DNA from: an uncultured Planctomycetota bacterium
Lineage (GTDB): Bacteria > Planctomycetota > Planctomycetia > Isosphaerales > Isosphaeraceae
Reading direction: 5' to 3'
Length of the DNA: 64,000 nt
Assembly: GCA_963845755.1 (NCBI GenBank)
Contig: CAWJTV010000047.1
Location: 1-64,000, forward strand
Positions 20,444-31,117 of this stretch are shown piece by piece. Both the position numbers and the translations under genes were made by a program. Below the pieces are notes generated by a model. It had not been told where the DNA came from, searched no databases, and saw only the letters and a program-made list of their open reading frames with translations. The number at the start of each line of letters is the position of its first letter. Within the stretch, counting starts at the first letter, position 1.

Positions 20444-20944
20444 CGTCCCCCGGCATGCCAGTTTGACTTCGGCCAGCACCCAAGACGCGAACGGCTTCGA
20501 CGCAGGATTCCCCGGTGTAACGGCCGTGACCTCGACCACCAGCGGAGTGCAGAGCCAAGCTTGATACGGCGCGGGCGGCCGCACACCGCCCGGATCGTGA
20601 TCCGCCGCGCAAAGCTCCTCCAGCTTCGTCGCCTCGAACTCCACGCCCTGGCGGAAGCGAGTGATGACGGCGAACGGACCATCGCCGTCGGCCATCGGCA
20701 CGTATGCGGCTTCGTCCATATGACGGGCCATCGCCGTGTCCCTGTAGAGAATCAGATGCCCTTCGCCGTCGGGCAGTCGCTCTCGCGGGACCTCCGTGAC
20801 CAGCTCGGGGGCGGACGGCGGCCCGTCGAAGCCACCGACCAGCGCACTCGGCCAGCGGGTGAGAATGGATGCCATGACGCGGGCGAACACCTCCCGCGGC
20901 GGGGTGAAGGTGAAAACGACCGAATCCCAGCCGGTGATCTCCAC
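20438..20944 (-). CDS. Cassette hypothetical protein (168 aa)
   Basis: Fills the space between attC7 and attC8; stop in R''. Confidence 0.7.
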   Translation of the reverse strand: MEITGWDSVVFTFTPPREVFARVMASILTRWPSALVGGFDGPPSAPELVTEVPRERLPDGEGHLILYRDTAMARHMDEAAYVPMADGDGPFAVITRFRQGVEFEATKLEELCAADHDPGGVRPPAPYQAWLCTPLVVEVTAVTPGNPASKPFASWVLAEVKLACRGTS

Positions 20945-20961
20945 CTCAAGCGCCCTCCGCG

Positions 20962-21019
20962 GCCTAACGCCTAAATTCAGCGGCCCGCGCTGCGGGTCCG
21001 CTGCAATGCTTCGTTAGAC
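20962..21019 (-). other. attC site 8
   Basis: GTCTAAC...GTTAGGC. Confidence 0.9.
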
Positions 21020-22268
21020 CGTTCCCTGTGATACTCAAGGAGCTTTTCAGCAGGCTGATCATGCGGATCACGCGGGAGCCGAATCTTACGCCCGTCAAAC
21101 TCGGCATAGTTCGAAGCCGCAAGCACTGGGTCAACAATAATGGTCATCGTCGCTGTATCGACGGTGAGAAGGCCCAGGTCGAAAAGAGTGTGTAGATCGG
21201 TGCGGAGAAGAAGCCCGTTTCGCACGTGGTTGGTCGCCGGCCCTTGATACGGGATAATATGTGCTGCCTCCAAGACCTGTTCCACGGTACAGCCAGAGAA
21301 GCAACAGCTCGAATCATATGCACGGAGTAGCGCTTCGCGAAACTCCGATTGGCCCCGGCGCTGAACGATGAGAGCGAGGTTCCGGGCGCGCTCATCGTCG
21401 ATTACCTGCGGATCGAACGGCAATACAGGGCTTCCGGCCTCGTCGCCAGCGAGTGAATTGCGATCGTCGTCCGGACTAATCGCGTCGATGTATTCCACGA
21501 CGGCGAGCTCATGCCGGGCGATGCTCCGGTGGTCGGGTGCAATGCCGAGCCTCAAGACTTGATCGAGGTACGTCCGATGGGCATGCCGGATCTCGTTCCA
21601 CTCGCCGAGAGTATCCATCCGGGGTGTGTAATACCCATTTCGGGATGGGGTACGTCGATAACGCGGGTACGATTGTTCGTCCCATCGCCAAGACACCAGG
21701 CGCGACCAGTCAACAGCCTGGACATCGGGATCGGTCGTGACCCAAACCCTGTCGGATTCCAGAGTCAGAACGATAAGCCTCCCAGCGAACAGGCGCAGTG
21801 CTTTCCCTTGAAGTGGACGAGGCTCCATTCTGGCTTCCGACTGCGAATGTACCGGAGCGACTCCGCAAAAATAGAAAACATAGTCCTGCGAACGTCGGGA
21901 TCCGACGTGATCGCGTCTAGCTTCTGCGCGATGGTCAACGTCGTGGATTGGGAGTCTGCGAGTCGGTTGAACGGGGAGATCGAACGTTCCAGGTACAGCC
22001 GCAACTCCTCAGCCACGAGCTCACGCAGGTCCTCCCCGTCTCCAGTGAAGTCGAATACGCCCTCCTTCCCGAGTCGTGAGGAGACGGCAAGCTTTAACCT
22101 GGTTGTCGCGTGGCGGCTGGAGCGTGCGGCGCGGAGGATTCGATTGGAACCCGGCCCCCGGCGGGGTGGGCCGGCGAAGAAGGCCCAGCCGTCGGGATTT
22201 GAACGAGGCTCCGCAATGAGATCCGGGTACTCCATCGCTAGAAAATCGCGAATCTCATCCGGCGTCAT
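20977..22268 (-). CDS. HNH endonuclease cassette with unknown N-terminal region (frameshift near 21790)
   Basis: RRGQSEFREALL...CCFSG...LEAAHI...NGLLLRTDLHTLFD; ORFs 21765..22268 and 20977..21828 overlap. Confidence 0.8.
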
Positions 22269-22299
22269 TGGATCGCCCTCAGAGGTCGAGTTCTGAGCC

Positions 22300-22359
22300 G
22301 CCTAACGCTAAAGATCAGCGGCCCGCCGTCGGCGGGTCCGCTGCATCGCCTTGTTAGAC
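22300..22359 (-). other. attC site 9
   Basis: GTCTAAC...GTTAGGC. Confidence 0.9.
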
Positions 22360-22413
22360 GTCGGGACTGCCGCGGTAAGGCGAAGCGACCGGTCGAGATC
22401 CGCGACGGGTCCG

Positions 22414-22878
22414 CTACTTGCCGCAGGTGTCAAGAATCGAGAGCAACTCATCAGAATACCACTCCCGATGCCTCTTGAAGAAGTCTCTCACGGCCGGGCT
22501 GCCATCGTATGTGCTACGGATAAATCGTCGCCATGTATCCCACTGCTGACCGGGGAGGTTCCCCCTTTGTAAAGCAAGATGCTCGAGAAAATTCGCGATA
22601 GCCTCACTCGCATATAATATAAACACTCGATTAGGATGATCCTCTTCGAGTTCTTTGCCGCCGTAGAAATAATCGTAGGTCTCAGGTTTCTCAGCGAGGA
22701 ATCGAAGTAGCTCGAGGCTCTGATCGCACAACCTGCCGTTCGTCTCGCCCCAAACGGCCTCGCGCACCTTCTTGATCTGGATGTAGACCGCATACAACCC
22801 GACCGCGGTTACGACCAACGATCCGACTGCTGCGACAGCCATTGTGACATCTGCCCAGGTCGGATTCACGCGACACAT
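22414..22878 (-). CDS. Cassette hypothetical protein with N-terminal TM helix
   Basis: ORF between attC9 and attC10. Confidence 0.7.
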   Translation of the reverse strand: MCRVNPTWADVTMAVAAVGSLVVTAVGLYAVYIQIKKVREAVWGETNGRLCDQSLELLRFLAEKPETYDYFYGGKELEEDHPNRVFILYASEAIANFLEHLALQRGNLPGQQWDTWRRFIRSTYDGSPAVRDFFKRHREWYSDELLSILDTCGK

Positions 22879-22917
22879 CTCCAAACCAGCTACGTCAACG
22901 GAGTCTTCGTCTTCGCC

Positions 22918-22975
22918 GCCTAACGCCAAGGTTCAGCGGCCCGCGCCGCGGGTCCGCTGCAACCGCAGGTTAGGC
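22918..22975 (-). other. attC site 10
   Basis: GCCTAAC...GTTAGGC. Confidence 0.9.
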
Positions 22976-23023
22976 GTCCGTGACCCGACGGACGGCCATT
23001 GCCTGCGGACTCCAAATGGCGAC

Positions 23024-23311
23024 CTACTTTTTGAGCGTCTTAATCGAACCACTCCCGAAGACTTCGAGGGTGCCGCTCGGCTTGAGAATGAGGTGGTTCG
23101 CCCGCACCTCGGTCCCGCCGACATCTCCAAGCCTAACTCCACCCCCGCGAACTTCAATCGTGCCATCTCGATGGATCGTGACCGCGCCGAACATAGAAAC
23201 GGAGCGATCCGGTCCCCTCGCAGGCGGCATGAGGTAGACGAGCAACACGGCTGAAAGGGCGACGACAGCCATCATCGTGCTCAACTTGTATCGGAAGCGG
23301 AATCTGAGCAT
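23024..23311 (-). CDS. First-position cassette, small exported/membrane hypothetical protein
   Basis: MLRFRFRYKLSTMMAVVALSAVLL... planctomycete-like N-terminus. Confidence 0.55.
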   Translation of the reverse strand: MLRFRFRYKLSTMMAVVALSAVLLVYLMPPARGPDRSVSMFGAVTIHRDGTIEVRGGGVRLGDVGGTEVRANHLILKPSGTLEVFGSGSIKTLKK

Positions 23312-23480
23312 GTGAGCCCTCCATGAATCGACCAGCCCGGACGGATTGATTCGGAGACTACGCTCGCCGGGCTGAACCGTCAAGGGAGAGCAGATGGACT
23401 CCTTCGTCATCCGAGCAAGGTCTCGCGAGCGTCCCGATGGGGTGTAGGCATGGGGAACCGGCGCGGCCCGGCCCCCCGCC

Positions 23481-23500
23481 ACCTAACCATTGTTTCGAAG
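23481..23500 (-). other. attI-like site
   Basis: Minus strand CTTCGAAACAATGGTTAGGT: GTTRRRY core preceded by AAACAA and no R'' palindrome, between the first cassette and the intI relic. Confidence 0.7.
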
Positions 23501-23558
23501 CCCGCATGGGCGTCTTTTTTCCCGCCCTCATGGGCGTATAATACGGATCACTGGATTG

Positions 23559-23587
23559 ATTATGATCGAGAAAGACCGCATTTGCAA
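23559..23587 (-). promoter_or_regulatory. Candidate cassette promoter Pc
   Basis: TTGCAA-17 bp-CATAAT pointing toward attI; a plus-strand TATAAT at 23537-23542 may serve intI. Confidence 0.55.
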
Positions 23588-23628
23588 CAAGACCTTCCAA
23601 GGTTTATCCAGACCAAACGCGACGAGAT

Positions 23629-23829
23629 AAGACGCCCACCTTGCTCGACCGAGTCCGTGAAGTTGTCTGGAAGTTGCATTACAGCATTCGCACGAGGGTT
23701 GCCTACCTCCAGTGGATCAAGCGGCTCATCCTCGTTCATGGCGAGCGGCGTCTTCTCGAAGTGGGCGAAGGCGAGTTCGAAGACTCCCTGAGCCATCGGG
23801 CGTCCGAGGGAAACGTCGCGGCCTCGACG
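23629..23829 (+). pseudogene. intI: Integron integrase N-terminal relic
   Basis: LLDRVREVVWKLHYSIRTRVAYLQWIKRLILVHG...LSHRASEGNVAAST matches the IntI N-terminal SAM-like domain; similarity stops before the catalytic domain. Confidence 0.8.
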
Positions 23830-23849
23830 GTATGCCGACCACCAAGAGG

Positions 23850-24340
23850 CGGGCCGAAGCGGTGGAGAATCGACGATGCGCCGCGGGGGGTGAGCGTTTT
23901 CCTTTGCGCCCTCACGCGACGGGGCCGGTGAATTCGACGGCGGTGTGCCGGGCGATGTCGATCACGTTGGACGGGCCGTGGCCGTGCTGCCGCGAACCCA
24001 GGTGGTTCGGATTTCCTGAACCTCGCGTCGGATCCGAGCACTCGGATCGACGAAATACGACAACGCCGCTTCAGCGCCGCTCCCGGATGATGGCTTCCGA
24101 CGAAGGCTCGCCCACGATGGGGATAGGCGGATCGCCCGGGTCGTCTTCGTCGATGTCCACGCGGGATCGGGGAGGCGGGTGATGAGGCCGCGCGCCATCA
24201 GCGGCCGGGGGAGTTCCTCGATGGAACGCGGCTGATCTTGGGGCTGGACCGACCGGGCACGTTTGACGCGCTGGCCGGACGGCTTCTTCGGCTTGACGAA
24301 GCTCCCGCATCGGCTCCAGCGACCGGGCCTTGAGATCGAG
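23850..24340 (-). pseudogene. Degenerate antitoxin plus PIN toxin pair
   Basis: ...PIPIVGEPSSEAIIRERR* followed by SYFVDPSARIRREVQEIRTTWVRG, which resembles a VapC N-terminus. Confidence 0.45.
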
Positions 24341-24651
24341 GCGTTCGGTCGGGCCTTCTCCCATCTCAAGGCGGCAGGACCCGGTTCCTCGGGGCACGGT
24401 TGTCATCGCGGTTTTTTTGGGCCTTCCCAGACCTCCCACGCTTCGATGTAACCCTGGACTTACCATCGCGTTGCAATGAATGATCCCCGTGCTCCCCCGT
24501 CGGAAAACTGTGACATGTAACAATTTTTATGCAACTGGGAACGCGCATGTGCGGATCGTAAGGGTAAGAGGCGGTGGCGACACCCGAAGCGATCAAACGG
24601 GTGTCGCCCCGGGGACGACTGCCGTTGCATCCACACCAGGGTCAGAGCACC

Positions 24652-26250
24652 ATGACCACCACCATGACCCCGCCCAGGTCCGATCGGGCCGAGATCAACC
24701 GCCGCAATGCCCAGAAGAGCACCGGACCCCGGACCCCCGAGGGCAAGAACCGCTCGCGGTTCAACGCCGTGAAACACGGCATGACCGCCAGGACTCTCGT
24801 CTTGCCCGGCGAGGATCCCGACGCGCTTCAAGAGCGGCTCGACTCCTGGATCGGCAACCTCCAGCCTCAGAACGACGTCGAGCAGTTCCTGGTCGAGCAG
24901 GCCGTGCAGTCCTCCTGGAAGCTGGATCGGGCCGATCGCGCCGAGGTCGCCCGATTCTCCCACATCATCGAAACGCTGCCGGTCCTGGAGGCGAACCGTC
25001 AGCAGGAAGAGGCCGCCGCGCTGGGCCGTCGGCTCTTCAGCGATCGCAATGGATCGGGAAGCATCAAGCTTCAGAGCCAGATCCTCGAAGCCCTGCTCCC
25101 GGGCCGCAAGTCCCAGACCTCCCGGCCCCTCGACGTCCTGGATCACGCCGGGGCCATCGTCCGCCGGCTCGAATCCACCGGTCCCGGCTGCCAGTGGATG
25201 CTCGACCGCTGGATCGAGCTCCGCGCGATCCTCGACCAGGGCCAGACCTGGCCGTCGATCGAGAAGTCCAGGGCGATCCGCCTGCTGGGGAAACCGCCGC
25301 TGAACCTGACGGCCGAGGAGTGGGAAAACCACTGCGAGCGCCGGCGGGCCAACCCTCATCCGGAGATCGACGGGTACCTGACGCGCAAGCTGGACCGGCA
25401 GTTGGTCGAGGGGCTGGCGCAGGACCAGGCGGCGACGATCGAGGAGCTGCGGAGCGTCGCCGAGCAGGCGATCGCGCGGCTGGAACCGCTGACCGCCGAG
25501 CATCGCCGGCGGGCCGAGGCGGATGTGGCCCGGCAAGCGGACCTCCTGTCGTTCGACACCAGCACCGAGGGAGAGCGGCTGCGCCGGTACCAGTTCTCGT
25601 GCAGCCGGTCGCTGTTCCGGAGCCTCGACACCCTCCTCAAGGTCCGCCGATCCAGCCGGGTATCGGGCAGTGGCGCAGGAACCTTCAGCGAGGAGGCCGC
25701 GGTGACGGAAACCGAACGGAGCGAACTCGGGAACGATTGCACCGCGGAGACCGGAGAGTTCGCCGAGACGAAATCCGAGAGAGGAGAGAACGAGTGTGAT
25801 CCGGTCGTGGAGTCAGGCGGAATCGTCGCGGACGCGACCGAACGCGAATCGAGTCCCGATCGGGAGAATCCGCAAAACGAAGCCATGTCGTCGCCGGTCG
25901 ATCTTGAGAAACTCCGAGAGGAACCCTCGGCCCCGCAGGTTGAGGACATTGCTCGTCGCCGCCTGCCGTTCGTCCGTGCCCTGATCTCTGCGACGATGCT
26001 CGTCCTTCTCTTCGGTGCTGCGGTCCGGAGCCATCGCGATTCGCAGACCGAACCCACGAACTCCCCTGTCGACCGCGCAAATTCACAAATCGAACCCACA
26101 GCGGCGCCCCATCGGGCGATTGGCGGCGACGCGGACGGCGCCGACGAGCCGCCCCGAGTGCCGCCGCGGCCGACCTGGCGAGATGACGGGTGTTCGGCGC
26201 GTGTTGTCGGCACGGACGAGCTGCATGACGCGGAGCGACTTGCCTTTCGG
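24652..26250 (+). CDS. Planctomycete-type hypothetical protein (NRRNAQKSTGPRTPEGK...NAVKHG family)
   Basis: Characteristic N-terminal motif and low-complexity C-terminus; 3' end uncertain. Confidence 0.6.
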
Positions 26251-26391
26251 GCGGAAGCGGACCAGGCTCTCTTGGGACCAGCCGCGACAAACCCCTTGCG
26301 CAAGGAGGGCGGTGATTGGTTAAGATGGCGAGGTCTTCAAGACCGGCTCCGTCGATCCGGAGTTAACGATCATCCCGTGGTGCGGAAAGCC

Positions 26392-27648
26392 ATGTCGAAT
26401 GCCTGCAAGTATGTCATCGTGATCCCCGATGGTGCGGCTGACGAGCCATTCGAGGGGCTGGGGGGAAAGACGGCGCTTCAGGCGGCGTCGATACCAGAGA
26501 TGGATCGCGTGGCGCGCGAAGGGATCGTCGGCCGGTCGCGGAACGTGCCCGACCGGTTCCTGCCTGCGAGCGACGTCGCGACTCTCAGCCTACTGGGTTA
26601 CGACCCCGAACGTTACTACACCGGCCGGGCACCGCTCGAGGCCGCGGCCATGGGGATCGATCTGGGTCCCCACGACTGGGCGATTCGATGCAACCTGATG
26701 ACCATTCAGGACGGCCGGCTGACCGACTTCACGGCCGGTCACATCACCAGCCCCGAGGGTCGCGAACTGATCGAGGCGCTTCAGGCCGAGGTTGCCCGTC
26801 CGGGAATTGAGTTCCACGCGGGCGTGAGTTACCGCAACCTCTTGATCTATCGCGGACAGGCCGACGATTCGCCATTCAACAACGAGACGGTGACCGACCC
26901 GCCGCACGACTATCCTGACCAACCCGCCGACGAGCACACGTCCCCGCGGACCCGGCTCGGCCATCCTCAACGATCTGATGAACCGCGCGGCACCAATTCT
27001 CGCCGGGCACGCGATCAACCAGGCCCGGATCGCGGCGGGGAAGCACCGGCCAACGCGACCTGGCTCTGGGGGCAGGGCAGGGCACTCTCCTTTCCGAAAT
27101 TCGCCGACCTTCATGGACTGCGCGGGGCGATCATCTCGGCGGTCAACCTGGTGCGAGGCGTGGGGGTTCTGGCCGGCTGGACGCGTATCGATGTGCCCGG
27201 AGCGACCGGTTACCTCGATACCGACTACGCCGCCAAGGGCCGCGCCGCCATCGAGGCACTGCGGGATTATGACATCGTCTGCGTCCACGTCGAGGCGCCG
27301 GACGAAGCCAGCCACGAAGGACGCGCCGACGCCAAGGTCGAGGCCATCGAGCGGATTGACCACGCGGTCGTCGGGCCGGTCCATGACGCCCTGAAGTCTT
27401 ATGGCCGGTGGCGGATGGTGATCTCGCCCGATCACTCCACCCTGTTGCGAACCCTCGCCCACGACCGCGCGCCGGTCGCCTGGGCCATGGCCGGGACGGG
27501 TTTGCCCGCCACGGGTAAGTCGTACGACGAGTTCGCGGCCCGAGGCCCCGGATCCCCTTCCTTTGAACAGGGGTACCGCATGATGCAGTCCTTCCTCGAT
27601 CTGGATTGGGACGGGAGGACGGGGCGAATTCCGTCTGCGAAATCGTAG
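26392..27648 (+). CDS. Cofactor-independent phosphoglycerate mutase (ApgM-like)
   Basis: KYVIVIPDGAADEP, SDVATLSLLGYDP, YTGRAPLEAA, HVEAPDEASH, SPDHST. Confidence 0.88.
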   Translation: MSNACKYVIVIPDGAADEPFEGLGGKTALQAASIPEMDRVAREGIVGRSRNVPDRFLPASDVATLSLLGYDPERYYTGRAPLEAAAMGIDLGPHDWAIRCNLMTIQDGRLTDFTAGHITSPEGRELIEALQAEVARPGIEFHAGVSYRNLLIYRGQADDSPFNNETVTDPPHDYPDQPADEHTSPRTRLGHPQRSDEPRGTNSRRARDQPGPDRGGEAPANATWLWGQGRALSFPKFADLHGLRGAIISAVNLVRGVGVLAGWTRIDVPGATGYLDTDYAAKGRAAIEALRDYDIVCVHVEAPDEASHEGRADAKVEAIERIDHAVVGPVHDALKSYGRWRMVISPDHSTLLRTLAHDRAPVAWAMAGTGLPATGKSYDEFAARGPGSPSFEQGYRMMQSFLDLDWDGRTGRIPSAKS

Positions 27649-27703
27649 GTCAGGCTTTCGAGCCTGACACGCAGGAGAGTCAGGCTCGAAAGCCTGACCT
27701 ACG
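27644..27703. repeat. REP-like doublet (GTAG-headed palindromes), perfect 25-bp inverted repeat
   Basis: CGTAGGTCAGGCTTTCGAGCCTGAC-10 nt-GTCAGGCTCGAAAGCCTGACCTACG. Confidence 0.75.
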
Positions 27704-27736
27704 TTGCATTCTTCGTTGACGGGGTAATCTCAGGGA

Positions 27737-29531
27737 GTGACGACCTTGCCTTTGCTCGTTCAGAAATTCGGTGGGACCAGTGTGGCGGATTCGGACAAGA
27801 TCCTGGCCGCGGCCCGTCGCGCGATCCAGGCGCACGCACGCGGGGAGCAAGTCCTGGTCGTAGTCTCGGCCCGAGGTCACACGACCGACGAGTTGATCGC
27901 ACTGGCCAAGGAGATCACGGAGACCCCACCGGCCCGCGAGATGGATATGCTGCTCTCGACCGGCGAGCAGGTCAGCGTCGCCCTGATGGCGATGGCCATC
28001 GAGAGCCTGGGCGTACCGGCGATCAGCTTCACGGGTGCCCAGATCGGCCTGGTCACGGACAGCTTCCACACCAAGGCCCGCATCCGGGACATCTCCACCG
28101 ACCGGATGGTCCAGGCCCTGAACGAAGGGAAGATCGTCATCGTGGCGGGCTTCCAGGGGGTGGACGAGCATTACAATATCACGACGCTCGGGCGTGGCGG
28201 TTCCGACACGACGGCAGTCGCCCTGGCCGCCGTCCTCGGCGCCGGGGGATGCGAGATCTATACCGACGTCGATGGGGTTTACACGACCGACCCGCGAATC
28301 GTGCCGGAGGCGCGCAAGATCGACCGGATCAGCTATGACGAGATGCTCGAGCTGGCCAGCCTGGGCGCCGGCGTGATGCACTCCCGGTCCATCGAGTTTG
28401 CCAAGAAGTACGGTGTGCCGATCCACGTGCGAAGCTCATTCTCGGACGCGCCCGGGACGTGGATCGTGGGTGAGGAGGATGCGCGCCGGCTGGGCGTCGC
28501 GGTCACCGGGGCGGCCCTGGCCAAGGACGAGGCCCGGATCACCCTCCTGGGCGTCCCCGACCGACCGGGTGTGGTCCATTCGGTGTTCCGCACGATCGCC
28601 GCGCGGAATATCGTCGTGGACATGATCGTCCAGAACGTCTCCACCGGCGGGGCGACCGAGGTCAGCTTCACGGTAGCCAAGGGCGACCTGGCCGAGACGC
28701 TCCGCACGGCCGAGGCCGCCGCCGGGGAGATCGGCGCCTCGGGCGTCACCCACGACGCCGAAGTCGCCAAGGTCTCGGTCGTCGGGATCGGGATGCGCAC
28801 CCACACCGGCGTGGCCACCGCCATGTTCGAGGCGCTCGCTGCCGCAGGGATCAACCTCCAGATGATCACGACCAGCGAGATCAAGATCAGCGTGCTCCTC
28901 GATCGCGGCTCGGCCGTGGCCGCCTTGCGTGCCGTTCACAAGGCATTCCAGCTCGATCAGCTCAACGCCGGTTCGAAGCCCTTCGTCCCCTCGTCCGCCG
29001 TCTCGCGCGTCAGGAAGCCAGCTCCGCTGGCCGAGCCGGACGCCGGCGCCGGCGAGCTCGAAGATGCGCGGGATGGAAGACCTCGTCATCGACGACGTCG
29101 AGCTCGACGACTCCCAGGCCAGGATCTCCCTGTTCCACGTCCCCGACCGGCCCGGTTATGCCGCGCGCGTCTTCCGCTCGATCGCCGACGCCGGTGTCTT
29201 CGTCGACATGATCGTCCAGAACGTCGGGATCGCCGGGGATTCGGTCCTGTCGTTCACCGTGCCGAGGGATGCTTCCAGCCGGGCCGTCGACGCAGTCCAC
29301 GCTGCCGGCGTGAGCGACGTTTCCGTCGAGCCGGCCATGGCCAAGCTCTCGGTGATCGGCGTCGGGATGCGCACCCACACCGGCGCCGCCGCCCGCACGT
29401 TCGCCGCGCTCGCCGAGCGTGGGATCAACGTCAACCTCATCAACACCAGCGAGGTGCGCATCAACATCGGTACGGACGTCGCACGCGGCCGTGAGGGGTT
29501 CGAATGCCTCAGGCGAGCCTTCGTCCTCTGA
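27737..29531 (+). CDS. lysC: Aspartate kinase with four ACT domains (frameshift near 29060)
   Basis: VQKFGGTSV, TTLGRGGSDTTA, YTDVDGV; duplicated ACT pairs. Confidence 0.92.
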
Positions 29532-29534
29532 TCG

Positions 29535-30941
29535 GTGTCCTCGGTAACGTCCAGCGTGTTATCCTCGGGAATCCGGGTCGGCCGCGCGAAGTTCGGCGTT
29601 CCGCTCATCGGCGGCCGATCGACCAGGAAGGAAGAGCGAATCGTCGCGCGAGAAAAGGTGGTTCTGGCTTACAGCGGCGGTCTCGACACGTCGGTGGCCG
29701 TCAAATGGATCGACGAGACCTACGGCATGGATGTGATCGCCTACACCTGCGACCTGGGCCAGGGGCAGGACATCGAGGCGATCCGCCAGAAGGCGTTGCG
29801 GACCGGCGCGATCGACGCGATCGCCGAGGATGCGCGCAACCTGTTCGTGGACTACTTCGTCTTTCCCTCGCTGGCGGCCGGAGCGTTGTACGAAGGGAAG
29901 TACCCGCTGGCGACGGCGCTGGGCCGTCCGCTGATCGCCCAGCTCATGGTGCGGGTCGCGCGGGAGCACGGGGCGGCGGCCGTCGCGCACGGCTGCACCG
30001 GCAAGGGGAACGATCAGGTCCGCTTCGACGTCACCTTCCAGACGCTCGCGCCGGAGCTGAAGATCATCGCCCCGGTCCGCGAGTGGAAGTGGACGCGCAC
30101 CCAGGAGCTCGAGTTCGCCGCGAAACATGCGATCGAGGTCGAGGCGACCAAGAAGTCGATCTTCAGCACCGATCAGAACCTCTGGGGCCGGTCGATCGAG
30201 GCCGGGATCCTCGAAGATCCCTGGGTCGAGCCGCCGCCGGAAACGTTCCAGTGGACCACCGACCCGCGGCTGTCTCCGGATCAGCCCGAGGAACTCGAGA
30301 TCACGTTCGATCGCGGCAAGCCCGTGGCCCTGGACGGCCGCGAGACCGACGGCGTCGACCTGATCCTTGCGCTCAACCAGCTCGGGGGCAAGCATGGGAT
30401 CGGGCGGATCGATCACATCGAGAATCGCCTGGTCGGCATCAAGTCGCGCGAGATCTACGAGGCCCCGGCGGCCATCCTGCTCCACGAGGCCCATCGCGAG
30501 CTGGAGTTCCTCACGTTGTCGAAGGAGTCGCTCCGCTTCAAGACGTCCGTGAGCCAGGCCTACGCCGACCTGATCTATAACGGTCTGTGGTTCAGCCAGC
30601 TCCACCAGGACTTGATGGCGTTCACCGTCTCGAATCAGCAGTTCGTCTCGGGCACGGTGCGGCTCAAGCTCTTCAAGGGGCACGCGCAGGTCGTGGGCCG
30701 CAAGAGCGAGCACAGCCTGTACCGTCATGAGCTGGCGACCTACGAGGAAGGGGATCAATACGACTCGTCGGCCGCAATGGGATTCATCAAGATCCACGGG
30801 CTGGGCCAGACCACGCAGGCCAAGCACCAGTTGCTGCGGGGTGAGGCCGGCCATCGCCTGGAGCTCCCCAGCATCATCCCGCCGACCCGCTCGGGCCCGG
30901 TTCCGGATCCGGCCAAGGCACCCGAGAAACCGTCGTCCTGA
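29535..30941 (+). CDS. argG: Argininosuccinate synthase (true start probably near 29640)
   Basis: VVLAYSGGLDTS, HGCTGKGNDQVRF, ENRLVGIKSRE. Confidence 0.95.
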   Translation: MSSVTSSVLSSGIRVGRAKFGVPLIGGRSTRKEERIVAREKVVLAYSGGLDTSVAVKWIDETYGMDVIAYTCDLGQGQDIEAIRQKALRTGAIDAIAEDARNLFVDYFVFPSLAAGALYEGKYPLATALGRPLIAQLMVRVAREHGAAAVAHGCTGKGNDQVRFDVTFQTLAPELKIIAPVREWKWTRTQELEFAAKHAIEVEATKKSIFSTDQNLWGRSIEAGILEDPWVEPPPETFQWTTDPRLSPDQPEELEITFDRGKPVALDGRETDGVDLILALNQLGGKHGIGRIDHIENRLVGIKSREIYEAPAAILLHEAHRELEFLTLSKESLRFKTSVSQAYADLIYNGLWFSQLHQDLMAFTVSNQQFVSGTVRLKLFKGHAQVVGRKSEHSLYRHELATYEEGDQYDSSAAMGFIKIHGLGQTTQAKHQLLRGEAGHRLELPSIIPPTRSGPVPDPAKAPEKPSS

Positions 30942-31117
30942 TGACGCGTGCATGATCGCGTCCAGCAGGGGCCTTTAACAAGTGCGCGGTGTTTGGTAGC
31001 ATGTTCAGTTCGACTCCCGACAGCGGGCCCCCAACGGCCGGTCGGCACGAGTCCTGTGGTTGAAGCAATGCGGACCGTCCGTCCGCGGGTTGGAGAGGGT
31101 CTGGGAGAGATGCAGGC

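Noticed and set aside
1067..22975. Recurrent palindromic ~58-bp repeats as a CRISPR array or terminators
   Set aside because: They are separated by gene-sized units, have RYYYAAC/GTTRRRY ends and lie next to an intI relic, so they are attC sites. No cas genes are present.
24574..27648. 1024-aa fusion of a hypothetical protein with phosphoglycerate mutase
   Set aside because: The mutase has its own ATG at 26392 after a linker that looks non-coding. Given the indel rate, a lost stop codon is more likely than a true fusion.
30985..31035. tRNA suggested by GTTCGACTCC
   Set aside because: No acceptor or anticodon stems can be formed; it is more likely the promoter region of the TPR gene.
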